Part shown: one piece after another, positions 18,408-29,501 of the stretch | Numbering within the stretch: the stretch's first letter is position 1 | Layout of the letters: each line of letters opens with the position of its first letter | Source of the DNA: Thermofilaceae archaeon | Lineage (GTDB): Archaea; Thermoproteota; Thermoprotei; Thermofilales; Thermofilaceae | Direction of reading: 5' to 3' | Assembly: GCA_038861545.1 (NCBI GenBank) | Contig: JAWCCZ010000001.1 | Coordinates: forward strand, 128,001-192,000 | DNA: 64,000 bases | Notes under the pieces: generated by a model | Told to the model about the DNA's origin: nothing | What the model saw: only the letters and a program-made list of their open reading frames with translations | The model's database searches: none | Translations under genes and position numbers: made by a program

Positions 18408-19844
18408 GTGGGCCGGTTAAAGGACAAGTTACTTGGGGTCTTTGACATAGGAAAAACCAATAAAAAGTTCACGTTGTTTACTATGGATTTACACCCCTTA
18501 GAGACGGAGACCACCAGGATAGGTGAGATTAAAATTGGTGACCTTTTATGTGACGATGGAGAATCAGTAGTGCGCTGGGTTAAAGCCGTGTTATCTAAGT
18601 GGATTGGAAAAGTATCTGCTGTAGCTGTTTCGACTCATGGGGCTACTCTAACCTTTGTTGGGGATCAAGGGAAGTTGCTATTGCCTATAATTTCATACAA
18701 CTTTGACCCTGGCGAAGAGATAAAAAAGGAGTTTTATAGAATACACGGATCACCAGAAGAACTTTATATAAGAACCGGCACACCTCCACTTGGACAACTA
18801 CTTAATGCCGGGATTCAAATATTCTGGGTGTCTAAAAAGTTCCCAGAGACTTACAAGCGGGTAAAAAGGGTACTCTTATACCCAGGGTATTTAACAAGAG
18901 TTCTATCCGGATTCGACTCAGTTGAGTTCACATCCTTAGGCTGTCACACATATCTTCTTGGTTTACCTGATATGAAATGGAGTAGCGTAGCTGAGGACCT
19001 TAATGTTCCAGAGCGCTCACCTGAACTGATGAATGTATGGGATATGCTCGGAAAAGCTGAGGGAATAGTTTTCGCTCCGGGCATTCATGATTCGAATGCC
19101 GCGCTGCTTCCCTACCTCTTAGAGTACAGTGGCGATTTCATACTGGCTTCGACGGGTACTTGGTGTGTGCTGATGTATCCGGGAGCTCAATTTACTCCTT
19201 CACGCGACGACCTGTACCGGGATACGCTTTATTACGTCGACGCATTAAAGAGACCAGTTAAGGCTGCAAGGTTTAAGGGAGGTTACGAGTTTAATCACTA
19301 TGTTAACATTATCAGAGAGCGTTTTAACGTAAACCCTTTAAGCTTCAGACTCAACAGGGAGAAAGCATCGGTTCTGCTTAGAAAGAATAGTGTATTTTTC
19401 ATCCCTACACTAACTCCTGGAACTGGGCAATTTCCTTTTTCAAAGCCACGTATAGTCGGTGAAATAGAAGACGCGGAGAGCGCATACTATTATCTTAACC
19501 TTTCTCTTGCCGTTCAAACATGGTATGGTCTGAATCTACTGGCAGGTAAAAGGAATCCCCGAGTATTCGTTCAGGGTGGTTTCGCTAAGAATGACATATA
19601 TCTAGCTTATCTAGCTACTCTTTGGAAGGGGAAAATTATTGTAGCCGAGTATGCTGAAGCCACAAGCTTAGGCACCGCTGTAACAGCCCTTTGCGCACTG
19701 GAAAGCGGCACGGATCCCCGAAAGTTAAGCTTAGGTTTCCCAATGATAAGCGGTGAGGTAGTACAACCCCTCGAGATAGAGGATCGGTATATTGAAGAGT
19801 ACGTGGATAAATTTTTAGCCCTATGTACCTCTGAAGCGTGCTAA
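18408..19844 (+). CDS. FGGY-family carbohydrate kinase (rhamnulokinase/fuculokinase-like)
   Basis: Motifs FDIGKTNKK, THGA, GIHDSNAA, STGTW and GGFAKN. Confidence 0.85.
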   Translation: MGRLKDKLLGVFDIGKTNKKFTLFTMDLHPLETETTRIGEIKIGDLLCDDGESVVRWVKAVLSKWIGKVSAVAVSTHGATLTFVGDQGKLLLPIISYNFDPGEEIKKEFYRIHGSPEELYIRTGTPPLGQLLNAGIQIFWVSKKFPETYKRVKRVLLYPGYLTRVLSGFDSVEFTSLGCHTYLLGLPDMKWSSVAEDLNVPERSPELMNVWDMLGKAEGIVFAPGIHDSNAALLPYLLEYSGDFILASTGTWCVLMYPGAQFTPSRDDLYRDTLYYVDALKRPVKAARFKGGYEFNHYVNIIRERFNVNPLSFRLNREKASVLLRKNSVFFIPTLTPGTGQFPFSKPRIVGEIEDAESAYYYLNLSLAVQTWYGLNLLAGKRNPRVFVQGGFAKNDIYLAYLATLWKGKIIVAEYAEATSLGTAVTALCALESGTDPRKLSLGFPMISGEVVQPLEIEDRYIEEYVDKFLALCTSEAC

Positions 19845-20690
19845 TTAAATATCTTCAGTAAATTCGTTGCTGTGGAGATGCTGGGGTGTTAACACCTTAA
19901 ACGCTTCAGCGTATTTATAATTTGCTAATTTACCCATTACTCTCATATAAGCCCTAAGTAGTTGCTCAAAAACCGGTGAATTACTCATCTGAGTTTTATG
20001 AGAGATAACAGCTTTCAGCTTCGCATCAATGTAATCGGTCACATCGACGAATGTATTTGGCTTCCTAGTCCAGTAAAAAGCTATGTAGCGGGGGCCATAG
20101 GGGCTTAACCCCTCTTCTAACCCCCCTGGCAGGGAATGGGGTAAAGGTGAAAAGTACGCGGCTTCTGCTGCTAGAAGGCCTGTAGCGCGATGATCCGGAT
20201 GAGCCTCGTAAGTTAGCCATGGGTCCGGCGTCATAATCATATCAGGCTTATACTTCCTTATGAGTCGTATCAACTCCCAGCGGACCTCTAGGGTTGGCAG
20301 AAGTTCAGTATCCCTATAGTTTAACCATATTAGCTCCTTTACTCCTAAAACTCTGGCCGCTTCCTCTTGCTCTTTCCTCCTTAGAGCTGCTAGCTTCTCA
20401 GGCCACATTTTAGGATCAACTGTTCCAAGCCTCCCATCGGTTAATGTAATGTAAATGATGGTTACACCTTTTTTCGCCAGCTTAGCTATAGTGCCGCCAG
20501 CAGCGATATCGGTATCGTCTGGATGAGGTTGAATACACAACACTCTCTGAATAGAGTCAAACGCGTCCTTAATATCTGGTGCGAAAAACTTTACAGCAAA
20601 ATTCCATACTTCATCAGGCTTTAGCGTTTCTATCATTTCTTCGATGTTCACAGACGGTGTAGGCTTTTGCTGCTCAAAAACTTTTGTCAC
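19845..20690 (-). CDS. PIG-L/LmbE family deacetylase (N-acetylglucosamine/chitobiose deacetylase-like)
   Basis: Zn motifs QPHPDD and HPDH, plus RRKEQ. Confidence 0.9.
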   Translation of the reverse strand: MTKVFEQQKPTPSVNIEEMIETLKPDEVWNFAVKFFAPDIKDAFDSIQRVLCIQPHPDDTDIAAGGTIAKLAKKGVTIIYITLTDGRLGTVDPKMWPEKLAALRRKEQEEAARVLGVKELIWLNYRDTELLPTLEVRWELIRLIRKYKPDMIMTPDPWLTYEAHPDHRATGLLAAEAAYFSPLPHSLPGGLEEGLSPYGPRYIAFYWTRKPNTFVDVTDYIDAKLKAVISHKTQMSNSPVFEQLLRAYMRVMGKLANYKYAEAFKVLTPQHLHSNEFTEDI

Positions 20691-20741
20691 TACATGGACG
20701 TAGAACCGTTAAGCTTAACCCAGTTAAACAGTAACTATTGT

Positions 20742-21428
20742 GTGAAGGTTTGCGTTCTTTACTCCGGCGGAAAGGACTCCAACCTAGCTTTACTTAAAGC
20801 AAGCGAGCGATACGAGGTTACATGTTTAGTTACGATGATCCCTTTTTCAGTAGAAAACTGGCTATTTCATTATCCCAATGTGCATTTAACAAGTTTTCAA
20901 GCTGAAGCGCTTAGCTTGCCGCTAATTAGTCAACCTTGTCCAGATAATAGAGATGTCAATTTATTAGCATTGGAGAGCGCGATTAGAGTTGCAATGGAAA
21001 CCTATGGTGTGGAGGGAGTGGTGACCGGAGCTGTGAAGTCAATGTACCAGATGAGAAATTTTAGAACCGTTTGCGAGCGTTTAGGTCTTACATGTATAAA
21101 TCCTCTATGGATGAAGAATGAAATATCGCTTCTTCACGAGGTTGTGGAAAGTGGAATCATAGCCATTTTTACAAGAGTTGCAGGCTATCCACTAAATAAG
21201 TCTCTACTGGGAAAACAGATCGATGAAAAAATTATCAAACTTTTTGTTTCGCTAAAGTCATATGTTAACCCCTCAGGCGAGGGGGGAGAGTACGAGACAT
21301 TTGTTCTAGACATGCCGCTTTTCAAAAAACGCATTCAACCACTAAAGTGGAGAATCGAAGGAGACGACTATGATGCTTCCTTATTTATTGAGGAAGCCTT
21401 ACTTATCGATAAAACTATAACTTCTTAA
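20742..21428 (+). CDS. dph6: Diphthine--ammonia ligase (Dph6, PP-loop ATPase)
   Basis: Motifs YSGGKDS, PLW and [16 protein letters not shown]. Start moved to GTG 20742. Confidence 0.88.
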   Translation: MKVCVLYSGGKDSNLALLKASERYEVTCLVTMIPFSVENWLFHYPNVHLTSFQAEALSLPLISQPCPDNRDVNLLALESAIRVAMETYGVEGVVTGAVKSMYQMRNFRTVCERLGLTCINPLWMKNEISLLHEVVESGIIAIFTRVAGYPLNKSLLGKQIDEKIIKLFVSLKSYVNPSGEGGEYETFVLDMPLFKKRIQPLKWRIEGDDYDASLFIEEALLIDKTITS

Positions 21429-22395
21429 CTGGTATATCGATTTTCAATTTCTTGGCAAGTTCCTTATACCTGTTTCTCACTGTGACCTCAGTGACTTGAG
21501 CCGCCCTAGCTACCTCTTTCTGGGTTCTCACTTCACCTCTGCGTAGAGCCGCAATGTAGATAGCAGCAGCGGCTAAGCCGGCTGGGTCTTTCCCAGCGGT
21601 TATTCCAACCTGCTGGGCCTGTTTTAAGATTTCTACTGCATCTCTTACTGTAGCAGCGCTCAGCTTAAGCACGCTGCCTATTCTGGGAGCAAAATCTACT
21701 GGGGTGGGAAGGGGTACTCTAAGCATAGTTTCTCTTAACAGCAGCCTGTAACACCTGGCAACGTCTTTCCTGCCGGACCTGGTATATTTCGCAATTTCAT
21801 CAAGCGTCCTAGGCACTTTCATCTCCCTACAGGCGGCGTATACTGCTGCGGCTACTACGGATTCAATTGACCTACCGCGAACTAAGCCGCTTTCTAACGC
21901 CCGCCTGTAAACCTCCCTAGCTCTATCTAGAACCCTTTTCGGAAGACCTAGCTGAGCGCCTAACCTGTCAAGCTCTTGCTGAGCTTGTCCCAAGTTTCTC
22001 TCAAGGCTTGACTGAGCGCGAGCTCTCATATGCCATCGACGCAACCTGAACATCTCAACCTTTTTTCTCAAGCCCAGCTCGCGGCCCGCGGCATCTTTAC
22101 TCCTCCAATCGATATCCGTCGCTAATGCATCAGGTGTGAATCTTGAAAGAGGAGCGCCAGTTCGGCTACGCTTTTCTCTTTCCTCGCTGTCGAAAGCTCT
22201 CCACTCAGGGCCTTTATCTATTTCCCTTTCACTTATAACATAACCGCAAACTGCGCAAATGACTTCGCCCCTGACCGGATCATAAATGAGTTTGTCACTT
22301 TCACACTGAGGGCAACGTTTGACTTCCTCTATAGGGTAAAGCTTTTTTATAAGCTCTTCACTAAAACTATTATTATTCGAACTCATCGACTCCAC
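21415..22395 (-). CDS. tfb: Transcription initiation factor IIB
   Basis: Zn ribbon CPQC..CAVC, B-reader GPEWRAF, two cyclin repeats ([23 protein letters not shown]). Confidence 0.97.
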   Translation of the reverse strand: MESMSSNNNSFSEELIKKLYPIEEVKRCPQCESDKLIYDPVRGEVICAVCGYVISEREIDKGPEWRAFDSEEREKRSRTGAPLSRFTPDALATDIDWRSKDAAGRELGLRKKVEMFRLRRWHMRARAQSSLERNLGQAQQELDRLGAQLGLPKRVLDRAREVYRRALESGLVRGRSIESVVAAAVYAACREMKVPRTLDEIAKYTRSGRKDVARCYRLLLRETMLRVPLPTPVDFAPRIGSVLKLSAATVRDAVEILKQAQQVGITAGKDPAGLAAAAIYIAALRRGEVRTQKEVARAAQVTEVTVRNRYKELAKKLKIDIPVKKL

Positions 22396-22475
22396 CCGAA
22401 ATCCTTTTAAAGGCTTTTAAAGCTGATTATTTAAACTTTTTCATGCTTATTTTCAAGTTTTAACTGTATCTAAAT

Positions 22476-22736
22476 TTAAGATCCTTCGAATACTAAGGCA
22501 ACGTTCTCTATTATTCTTAAAACTCTCAACACGTCATCAATCAATACTCTCACTCTAACTACTGGATCATTGCACCAGCAAAACACTTCAGTGGTAATAA
22601 TGTTCGACTCATAAGTTGTAGATACCTTTGAACAGGGTCTCGACTCATTATCAGGGATTAAAGCAGCAGTTATAGACTTTCCCTCCTCTCGCTGAGTAAC
22701 ATGGAGACGAAGAACAATATTAACTGAGGATATCAT
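22476..22736 (-). CDS. pcc1: KEOPS complex subunit Pcc1
   Basis: 86 aa; ALIPDN and RVLIDDVLR patterns; position downstream of rps15 and the DHH gene. Confidence 0.7.
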   Translation of the reverse strand: MISSVNIVLRLHVTQREEGKSITAALIPDNESRPCSKVSTTYESNIITTEVFCWCNDPVVRVRVLIDDVLRVLRIIENVALVFEGS

Positions 22737-24127
22737 CTTCCACTTACCTCTTTAGAGATTAACGTTAAGAATCGATCCATACTATTTGCCGGTACCGTAG
22801 CACCTCCCGCATTTTCATGACCACCCCCTGTACCTCCTGCTTCGCCGGCGAGTCTTGAGAGGAGCTCGCCAACGTTTAATTTTGTATGTCCGCATTTTCT
22901 TACCGAAACCTTAACTCCTTCCGGCGAGTCAACAAAGACGAACAGTAATTTATCACCTTTTATTGAAAGAGATAAGATGGACGCTATAGCTCCACTTATC
23001 TTCTCATTAAGGAAACTTTTACCCCTTAAATCAGCGATTGCGTAACCAGTGCTCTCTTTAAGCAGGTTTTCCTCTTTCACACACTTGAAAGCTTTAGCCA
23101 ACATAGCTCTATACTGTCCTGCGATTTCAACAGCTCGCAATAATGTTTCTCCCCTTGCACCCAATCCAACAGCTAAAGCCAAGTCGTGAAACCCTAACCT
23201 ACCGCTCGCGTTTAAAAGCTGTGCATACTCCCTAGCATCATGCAGTGGGCTGTCTTCAGGTTCTGAAAGTACAACGTAAGTAGCTCCATATATTCGTTCA
23301 GCCTCAGTAACTGAATAACCCATACCAATAAGTCGTTTTATGAGTTCTGAAGCCAGCTTCTTACGTTCATCAATGTTTAAATCGTTTAAAGTTCTAAATT
23401 TTTCTCCGATTGTAGGTTCGATGCCTATGCTTTTGAGGAACGATAATGCACCCCCCTCGTCTCCCGTGATTCCAGGGAGAAAGGGATCAAGCGTATAGGC
23501 TAGGGACTTAACTAGCGGCCTTTTTACACCAGTGATTCTGAGTTCTATGCGTTCCTCAAGCAATTTAGCGTTAATCCCTTCTCTAACAATTTCCTCATTT
23601 AAACCGGTTAACCTGAACCGCTTACCTACGTCTTGACGATCCCCCAGAGCACCAACCACTGCTAACGGCGCGTATTTTACTGCGCGTTCCCCCTCCAGTT
23701 CTTTAGCTAAGAGATAAGCGAGCCCTGAGCTGCTAATTTCAAATGACCCATTAATCTTGAACCTGTGAGGATTTACCTCGATTACTTCTTCGCTTTTCTC
23801 TTCAGGCAAATGGTGATCAAGCACGAGAACCTTAGTTTTAAGTCTTGAGAAAGCTGGAAGAGCAGAGCTACCCATGTCTAAGGTTAAGATAAGGGGGTAC
23901 CCTTGGGCTACCCTTTCTAAACGCGACAAAGCTGTCTGAGTCGGGTGCTCAAGAATTAACACATGGACAGCAAAGCCCTTAGCGATTAATGTAGAGGTAA
24001 CTATCGAAGCTGCTGAAAGTCCATCCGCATCGTAATGGGAAATTAGCAGAGCGCTTCGCCCCCCCGCGCTTTCTACAACGTCAGCCGCTGTAGAAAGCGC
24101 CTTCTCGAAATCCCTGTAGCTATCCAC
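22733..24127 (-). CDS. DHH family phosphoesterase (RecJ-like nuclease)
   Basis: Motifs HYDADG, DMGS, LDHH and DHHA1 GGGH; follows rps15. Confidence 0.9.
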   Translation of the reverse strand: MDSYRDFEKALSTAADVVESAGGRSALLISHYDADGLSAASIVTSTLIAKGFAVHVLILEHPTQTALSRLERVAQGYPLILTLDMGSSALPAFSRLKTKVLVLDHHLPEEKSEEVIEVNPHRFKINGSFEISSSGLAYLLAKELEGERAVKYAPLAVVGALGDRQDVGKRFRLTGLNEEIVREGINAKLLEERIELRITGVKRPLVKSLAYTLDPFLPGITGDEGGALSFLKSIGIEPTIGEKFRTLNDLNIDERKKLASELIKRLIGMGYSVTEAERIYGATYVVLSEPEDSPLHDAREYAQLLNASGRLGFHDLALAVGLGARGETLLRAVEIAGQYRAMLAKAFKCVKEENLLKESTGYAIADLRGKSFLNEKISGAIASILSLSIKGDKLLFVFVDSPEGVKVSVRKCGHTKLNVGELLSRLAGEAGGTGGGHENAGGATVPANSMDRFLTLISKEVSGR

Positions 24128-24164
24128 GGTAAGGTAAGTACAAAGACCTCTTTAACAGTTTGTC

Positions 24165-24611
24165 TTAGGCAAAGATACTGATTCTCTCCGGTCTGTACTC
24201 CCAATCCGGCGGCAACCTGCCTTTTCTCTTATAGTACTTAGCTAGCCTACGTATCTTGGACTCTATTAGTTGTAATCCCCTTTTCGAGTGGTAATCTTTC
24301 GGGTGTTCCTCTAAATGCCTCCTCACCCTAACAGCTCTTCTCATCAAGTTCATTAAATCCTCGGGGACATCGGGTTCTAAACCTCTCTCCCCGAGGATCC
24401 TCATAATTTTCTTTCCAGTAATTGCTTTGGTTAAGGGTATCCCGTATTGATCTCTAAGCATTAACCCTATCATCGATGAGGAATAACCTTTCCTGTAAAG
24501 CGTTGCTACTAATTCTTCGATTTCTCCAGGCTTAGCCGTAACCCACTGTGGTCTTGCCAGCTTCACTGGTCGGGTTGAGTGGGATCTACCCTTCTCGTGA
24601 CGTTTATTCAC
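24165..24611 (-). CDS. rps15: 30S ribosomal protein S15 (uS15/S13e)
   Basis: Motifs [15 protein letters not shown] and [26 protein letters not shown]. Confidence 0.97.
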   Translation of the reverse strand: MNKRHEKGRSHSTRPVKLARPQWVTAKPGEIEELVATLYRKGYSSSMIGLMLRDQYGIPLTKAITGKKIMRILGERGLEPDVPEDLMNLMRRAVRVRRHLEEHPKDYHSKRGLQLIESKIRRLAKYYKRKGRLPPDWEYRPERISIFA

Positions 24612-24632
24612 AAGGGCTGTTAACTACTACTA

Positions 24633-25343
24633 CTAAAAAACTTGCGTTTTCCTTCGCTCGGCTATGTACCTTCCTCGCCTCCTTATTTCTGCCACCTTTA
24701 ATTCAATGGCTTTTCTAGCCGCTTCACCTCTCACTTCCTCGTATCCACGCAAGAAAGCCGAGTAAAGAAGGGGAGATAGTGAAGGGTGAGTGCTTTCAAG
24801 TGAGCGCAACATTAAGTGAACGTCTACTCCTTGTTCTTCAAGGTCGTTGCTAAATGATCCGAGTCCGAAGTCAATCAGGAATGCCTTACCCGATAAGGCT
24901 ATTACATTAGATGTAGTAAGATCCCCATGCACGATTCCTCTGCTATGCAATAGAGCTGTATAGAAACCCAGTCTATTAAATAGAGCATCAGGTTGTTCCA
25001 ATTCAGAGAGAACATCTTTTAGTTTCACACCGGGAATGTAGTCGAATAAAATCAAATACAGCTCTGGATCAACAAAAAGTAGAGAAGGAGTAGGTATACC
25101 TAGCTTTCTAGCTTCGCCTACGAGTTTCGCTTCAAGAACAGTTCTGCTTTCTCTTAAAGCCTTATCCAGCCTTTGCTCCCTATACGGTTTTGGGAGTCTA
25201 TACTTGGCAACAGCATCGAAATGCATCCATTTACATCTTAGGACTATGGCTTCGGCACCTATACCCAATAGTTTGAGAGGTTCAGCACCCATTTCCACTA
25301 GGAGCTTCCAGGTAGTGGCGATAGGCCCTGAAGGATTTTCCAC
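24633..25343 (-). CDS. bud32: KEOPS kinase Bud32
   Basis: Motifs GAEA, HGDLTTSN, IDFGL and C-terminal RGRY. Confidence 0.94.
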   Translation of the reverse strand: MENPSGPIATTWKLLVEMGAEPLKLLGIGAEAIVLRCKWMHFDAVAKYRLPKPYREQRLDKALRESRTVLEAKLVGEARKLGIPTPSLLFVDPELYLILFDYIPGVKLKDVLSELEQPDALFNRLGFYTALLHSRGIVHGDLTTSNVIALSGKAFLIDFGLGSFSNDLEEQGVDVHLMLRSLESTHPSLSPLLYSAFLRGYEEVRGEAARKAIELKVAEIRRRGRYIAERRKTQVF

Positions 25344-25434
25344 GCATCCAAGGTATTAAACTTCTATTTTAACCTTCCAAAATATTAAAAAACAAAGTTT
25401 TTTAAAGGGAAAACATTACACGCGCGTACTTTAG

Positions 25435-26025
25435 GTGGACTCAATGTTTAAACTTGTGGAGTGCGAGGGAGTCGTAAGAGTACCGCCCTCTCTCATGAAT
25501 CTTCCCCTTAACGAGGCGGTTCTCCAAGTGCTTAGGAATGAGTATGGGAGTCAAGTACTAAAAGATCTGGGAATTATTATCAGCGTTATAGACGCTAACG
25601 CATCTGAATATGGAGTAATGGTACCAGGCGATGGCGCGCTCTACCATAAAGCACGCTTTACTTTCCTAGTATATCAACCGATGCTCCAGGAAGTTGTCGA
25701 AGGCGAGGTAGCCGTGGTCGAGTCCACGGGCCTACTTGTTAGGCTTGGACCTATTGAAGGCTACATCCATAAAAGCCAGATAATGGATGAGGTAGTCTCG
25801 TACAGCAGGGAGCAAAATGTAGTAATAGGTGAAAAAAGTGGAAAAGTTCTTAGGAAAGGCGACATGGTGAGAGCCAGAATAGTAGGCGTAAGCTATGGTA
25901 GTCGAAAGCAGGCTTTAAGAGTCCAGCTTACAATGAGGCAGTACTGTTTAGGTAAGATAGAATGGATAAAAGAGGAGCTTAATAAAAGGCTAGCTAAAGC
26001 GGAGGCTAAAGGTGGAGAAGGTTGA
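25435..26025 (+). CDS. rpoE1: RNA polymerase subunit Rpo7 (RpoE')
   Basis: Motifs VRVPP and PGDG, S1 domain, LTMRQ..LGKIEWI. The true start may be ATG 25444. Confidence 0.95.
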   Translation: MDSMFKLVECEGVVRVPPSLMNLPLNEAVLQVLRNEYGSQVLKDLGIIISVIDANASEYGVMVPGDGALYHKARFTFLVYQPMLQEVVEGEVAVVESTGLLVRLGPIEGYIHKSQIMDEVVSYSREQNVVIGEKSGKVLRKGDMVRARIVGVSYGSRKQALRVQLTMRQYCLGKIEWIKEELNKRLAKAEAKGGEG

Positions 26026-26231
26026 GAAGGAGAAAAGCCCCGCTTAAAGCGTGCATACGATGTAAGGCGCTTTCCCCTCCCGAGGTTCGGGTTTGCCCAA
26101 ACTGTGGATCTAGGGACTTCAGTGACGAGTGGGAGGGTATGGTAATAGTATTCGACGTGGAGAAGTCAGAAGTTGCAAAGAAGCTTAACATATCACAGCC
26201 TGGACGTTACGCAATTAAAGTAAGGGCATGA
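26022..26231 (+). CDS. spt4: Transcription elongation factor Spt4 (RpoE'')
   Basis: Pattern KACIRC..CPNCGS..WEG...PGRYAIKV. Confidence 0.95.
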   Translation: MRRRKAPLKACIRCKALSPPEVRVCPNCGSRDFSDEWEGMVIVFDVEKSEVAKKLNISQPGRYAIKVRA

Positions 26232-26773
26232 ACCAGTTAAGGCTTAAGAGCGAGTATAGGAATACTCTGCGACTACCTACAGGCTTAGCGTTATACAAAC
26301 CTCCTCAGAAAGCTGTTGAAATACTTAGGGAAGTATCGGAAATATTGAAGCCACCCCTTGTAATTAGCGTTGGCGATGTTGTAACGACTAACCTTTTACT
26401 TGGTGGGCTGAAACCGGCTGTCGCAATTATCGACTTTAAAAGTAAAAGACACGAGTATAACCCGGCATGCTGCACAAAGCTAACTAAAGGTTACATTATC
26501 CTTACGTGTAAGAACGATCCCGGCACTCTTTCGCAGGAGGCTATTAATACGGTTGAAAAGGCTATAAAAGAAGCTATCGAGGGGCGAAACGTGATGGTCA
26601 TTACTAAAGGTGAGGAAGATTTGCTAGCGCTCCCGGCGATTATTACAGCTCCTAAGGGGTCTTTCGTTATATACGGCTTATGGCTTGGAGCAGCGGTAGC
26701 AGTAATAAGCCACCCCCGCATCAGCAGTGCAGTTGAGAGATTCATTAGAATTGCATTCGAGTCCATCTACTAA
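26228..26773 (+). CDS. GTP-dependent dephospho-CoA kinase (DUF359)
   Basis: Motifs VGDVVT, D.K.KR, N.PG and GEEDLLALP; conserved position between spt4 and rps24e. Confidence 0.88.
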   Translation: MNQLRLKSEYRNTLRLPTGLALYKPPQKAVEILREVSEILKPPLVISVGDVVTTNLLLGGLKPAVAIIDFKSKRHEYNPACCTKLTKGYIILTCKNDPGTLSQEAINTVEKAIKEAIEGRNVMVITKGEEDLLALPAIITAPKGSFVIYGLWLGAAVAVISHPRISSAVERFIRIAFESIY

Positions 26774-26812
26774 ACGCGCGCTTTTTATAGGGTTGCAGAA
26801 CTGGGGCTCAAC

Positions 26813-27130
26813 GTGGCAAAAGAGATGGATTTGGAGATCCTGGAATCTAGAAACAACCGGCTAGTTGAACGGAAAGAGTTGATTGTAAAAGTTAGTCATT
26901 GGCCTGAAGGCACCCCCTCGAGGCAGCTTATCCGGGAGCGTATAGCTAGAGTCCTAGGTGTAGACCTCGATACAGTATACGTTAGGAAGATAGTAACAGA
27001 GTATGGTTCTTGCGAAAGCTTAGCTAGAGTTCACGTTTACGACACAATAGAGCGAGCATTAAAGTTTGAACCCGTACATATAGTTAAAAAGAACCGAGGT
27101 GAAAGTAAAGGAGGTGAGGGAGGTGGCTAG
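26813..27130 (+). CDS. rps24e: 30S ribosomal protein S24e
   Basis: Motifs [13 protein letters not shown] and ARVHVYD. Confidence 0.95.
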   Translation: MAKEMDLEILESRNNRLVERKELIVKVSHWPEGTPSRQLIRERIARVLGVDLDTVYVRKIVTEYGSCESLARVHVYDTIERALKFEPVHIVKKNRGESKGGEGGG

Positions 27131-27314
27131 TGTTCACAAAATCTACGAATTTGATTATTCCTCGGGAACGGTGAAGCTGAAGAATAAGAAGTGTCCGCGC
27201 TGTGGCTCCGTAATGGCTTACCATAAACAGCCTGAAGAGCGTTATCACTGCGGTAAATGTGGCTATACAGAGTTCGTCCGCGCGCGGAGGAAAGGTGGCC
27301 GTGGAAAGGGATGA
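27123..27314 (+). CDS. rps27ae: 30S ribosomal protein S27ae
   Basis: Pattern CPRCG..MA.H...CGKCGYT. Start placed at GTG 27123. Confidence 0.95.
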   Translation: MASVHKIYEFDYSSGTVKLKNKKCPRCGSVMAYHKQPEERYHCGKCGYTEFVRARRKGGRGKG

Positions 27315-28296
27315 ACCTCTAGTACTGGGGATTGAGAGTACAGCTCATACGCTTGGGATCGGCGTAGCAACACCTAGAAGTATTCTCGTATCTGCGGACT
27401 CGACTTACCAGCCTCAAGTAGGAGGTATACACCCGAGAGAAGCAGCAGAGCATCACAGCAGAAGCGCTGGGAAAGTCTTAGCGGAGGCTTTAAGGGAAGC
27501 AGGGCTAAAAATAACTGATGTCGACGCCATTGCCGTGGCCCTCGGCCCTGGAATGGGACCATGCTTAAGAGTTGGAGCTACTTTAGCGCGGTATCTCGCG
27601 GTTAAGTTTTCTAAACCTTTAGTACCAGTGAACCACGCAGTAGCCCATGTGGAGGTGGCTAGGCTTTCGACAGGCTTTAGGGATCCTTTAGTGGTCTACA
27701 TCGCTGGGGGGAATACCCTTATCACAACGTTCGTGGAGGGTAAGTATAGGATCTTTGGCGAAACGCTAGATATCCCTTTAGGCAACTGCCTAGATACTTT
27801 CGCGAGGGAAGCTGGGCTCGGTTTTCCGGGAACTCCCAGGGTTGAGGAACTTGCAGCGAAGGGGGGACGATTGCTAGAGTTGCCGTACATAGTTAAAGGG
27901 CAGGATCTCCAATTCTCCGGTCTACTTACGAAAGCTCTTAAACTCCTAAAGGAAGGAGCTAGACTGGAGGACATTTGCTATAGCGTTATAGAAACAGCTT
28001 ATTCCATGCTTGTTGAAGTAGCTGAAAGAGCACTAGCCCTTACTGGGAAAAAGGAGGTTACGCTAACCGGCGGCGTAGCTAGGAGCAGAATCCTCTGCGA
28101 GAAACTCAGGAAGATGAGTGAAGTACACGGAGCAGTGTTCAAGCCCGTGGAGCCCAGGTACGCTGGCGACAACGGAGGTATGATTGCGTACACGGGTGCG
28201 CTTGCCTACTCAAGCGGAGTCACCATAGAAATTGGAGAGAGCCGTGTAAGGCCCATGTGGCGTCTAGACCAAGTTGAAATCCCTTGGCGAGGTTAA
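27301..28296 (+). CDS. kae1: tRNA N6-adenosine threonylcarbamoyltransferase Kae1
   Basis: Motifs [29 protein letters not shown] and DNGGMIA. Start placed at GTG 27301. Confidence 0.96.
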   Translation: MERDEPLVLGIESTAHTLGIGVATPRSILVSADSTYQPQVGGIHPREAAEHHSRSAGKVLAEALREAGLKITDVDAIAVALGPGMGPCLRVGATLARYLAVKFSKPLVPVNHAVAHVEVARLSTGFRDPLVVYIAGGNTLITTFVEGKYRIFGETLDIPLGNCLDTFAREAGLGFPGTPRVEELAAKGGRLLELPYIVKGQDLQFSGLLTKALKLLKEGARLEDICYSVIETAYSMLVEVAERALALTGKKEVTLTGGVARSRILCEKLRKMSEVHGAVFKPVEPRYAGDNGGMIAYTGALAYSSGVTIEIGESRVRPMWRLDQVEIPWRG

Positions 28297-29501
28297 AGCT
28301 CATTCGCGTGTCTGCGAACTTTTTCAATGGCTTCAGCGATGTCATCCATATCTTCTTTTGAGGCTAGGAATACCCACTGCGGGATAGTTATCGCCTCCTC
28401 AATAGCCTTTTCAGCAATAGGGTACCTAACTTTCCTTATGATCCTTCCGAGAGGTCCGGGAGTTAGCGTCATGTTTAATGGCTGATGATCTATTGTAGAG
28501 CAGGGAACTCCTTCAGCCCTCAAAGCTTCAGCTATTCTTTCGACTGTTGCACCTCCAAAGCAATTAATATTCACTTTAAAACAGTACGGCCAAGGTTGAT
28601 GTCTTGTCAATCTCTGGTCGACTTTCACCGGCTTAACGCCATCAATCTCAGTTAACCGCTTAGAAAGGTACTCGCTGTTATTTTGTCTCTTTCTCAACTG
28701 CTCGTCGAATCTCTCAAGCTGAGCAAGCAGGATCGCGGCTTGGAACTGGGTCATCCTGAAGTTAAACCAGTTAATCCAATGGAATACGCCTGCATCGTAA
28801 ATCTCTCCTCGAACTCTGCCGCAATCCTTAATCGCATGACAGCGAGTTGCATACACTTTACTATTGGTAATAATTATTCCCCCCTCTCCTGCTGTCATAA
28901 ACTTCCCCTGCTGAAAACTGAAACAGCCCATATCACCAATTGAGCCAGCAGGTTTACCTCTCCACTCAAAGCCATGTCCTCTCGCGCAGTCCTCTATTAG
29001 GATTAAATTATACTCGTAAGCCAGCTTTGAAAGAGCATCCATGTCTGGAGCGGCACCATAATTGTAGACTGCTACAATAGCTTTCGTGTGCTCGGTTAAG
29101 CATCTTTCCACGTCGTTAACATCCATACAGTAAGTCTCAGGGTCGACATCTACGATAACCACAGTAGCCCCAACCATTAAGGCTGCACTACCTGTTGCAG
29201 AGAAAGTGAGCGCAGGCACTATTACCTCATCTCCAGGGCCTATGCCAGCAGCTAAAAACGCTGTTAAAAGCGCGGCAGTACCGTTAAATACGCAAATACC
29301 GTACCTGCAACCGTGTCGAATAGCGAACGTCTCTTCAAACTTTCGCTCCCAAGGACCACTTTCTCCCACACCTCCGCCCCAGTACCCGCTTTTCAGAACT
29401 TCCTCTATGGCTCTTAGCTCCCTTTCATCATAAACTGGCCAATCAGGCCATTTCTTCCATTTTCTTACAGGCTCCCCGCCTTTAATGGCAAGAGACACCA
29501 T
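28293..29501 (-). CDS. DegT/DnrJ/EryC1/StrS PLP-dependent aminotransferase
   Basis: Motifs NGTAAL, GPGDEVIVP, IEDCA and SFQQGK(PLP lysine)FMTAGEGG. Confidence 0.92.
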   Translation of the reverse strand: MVSLAIKGGEPVRKWKKWPDWPVYDERELRAIEEVLKSGYWGGGVGESGPWERKFEETFAIRHGCRYGICVFNGTAALLTAFLAAGIGPGDEVIVPALTFSATGSAALMVGATVVIVDVDPETYCMDVNDVERCLTEHTKAIVAVYNYGAAPDMDALSKLAYEYNLILIEDCARGHGFEWRGKPAGSIGDMGCFSFQQGKFMTAGEGGIIITNSKVYATRCHAIKDCGRVRGEIYDAGVFHWINWFNFRMTQFQAAILLAQLERFDEQLRKRQNNSEYLSKRLTEIDGVKPVKVDQRLTRHQPWPYCFKVNINCFGGATVERIAEALRAEGVPCSTIDHQPLNMTLTPGPLGRIIRKVRYPIAEKAIEEAITIPQWVFLASKEDMDDIAEAIEKVRRHANEL

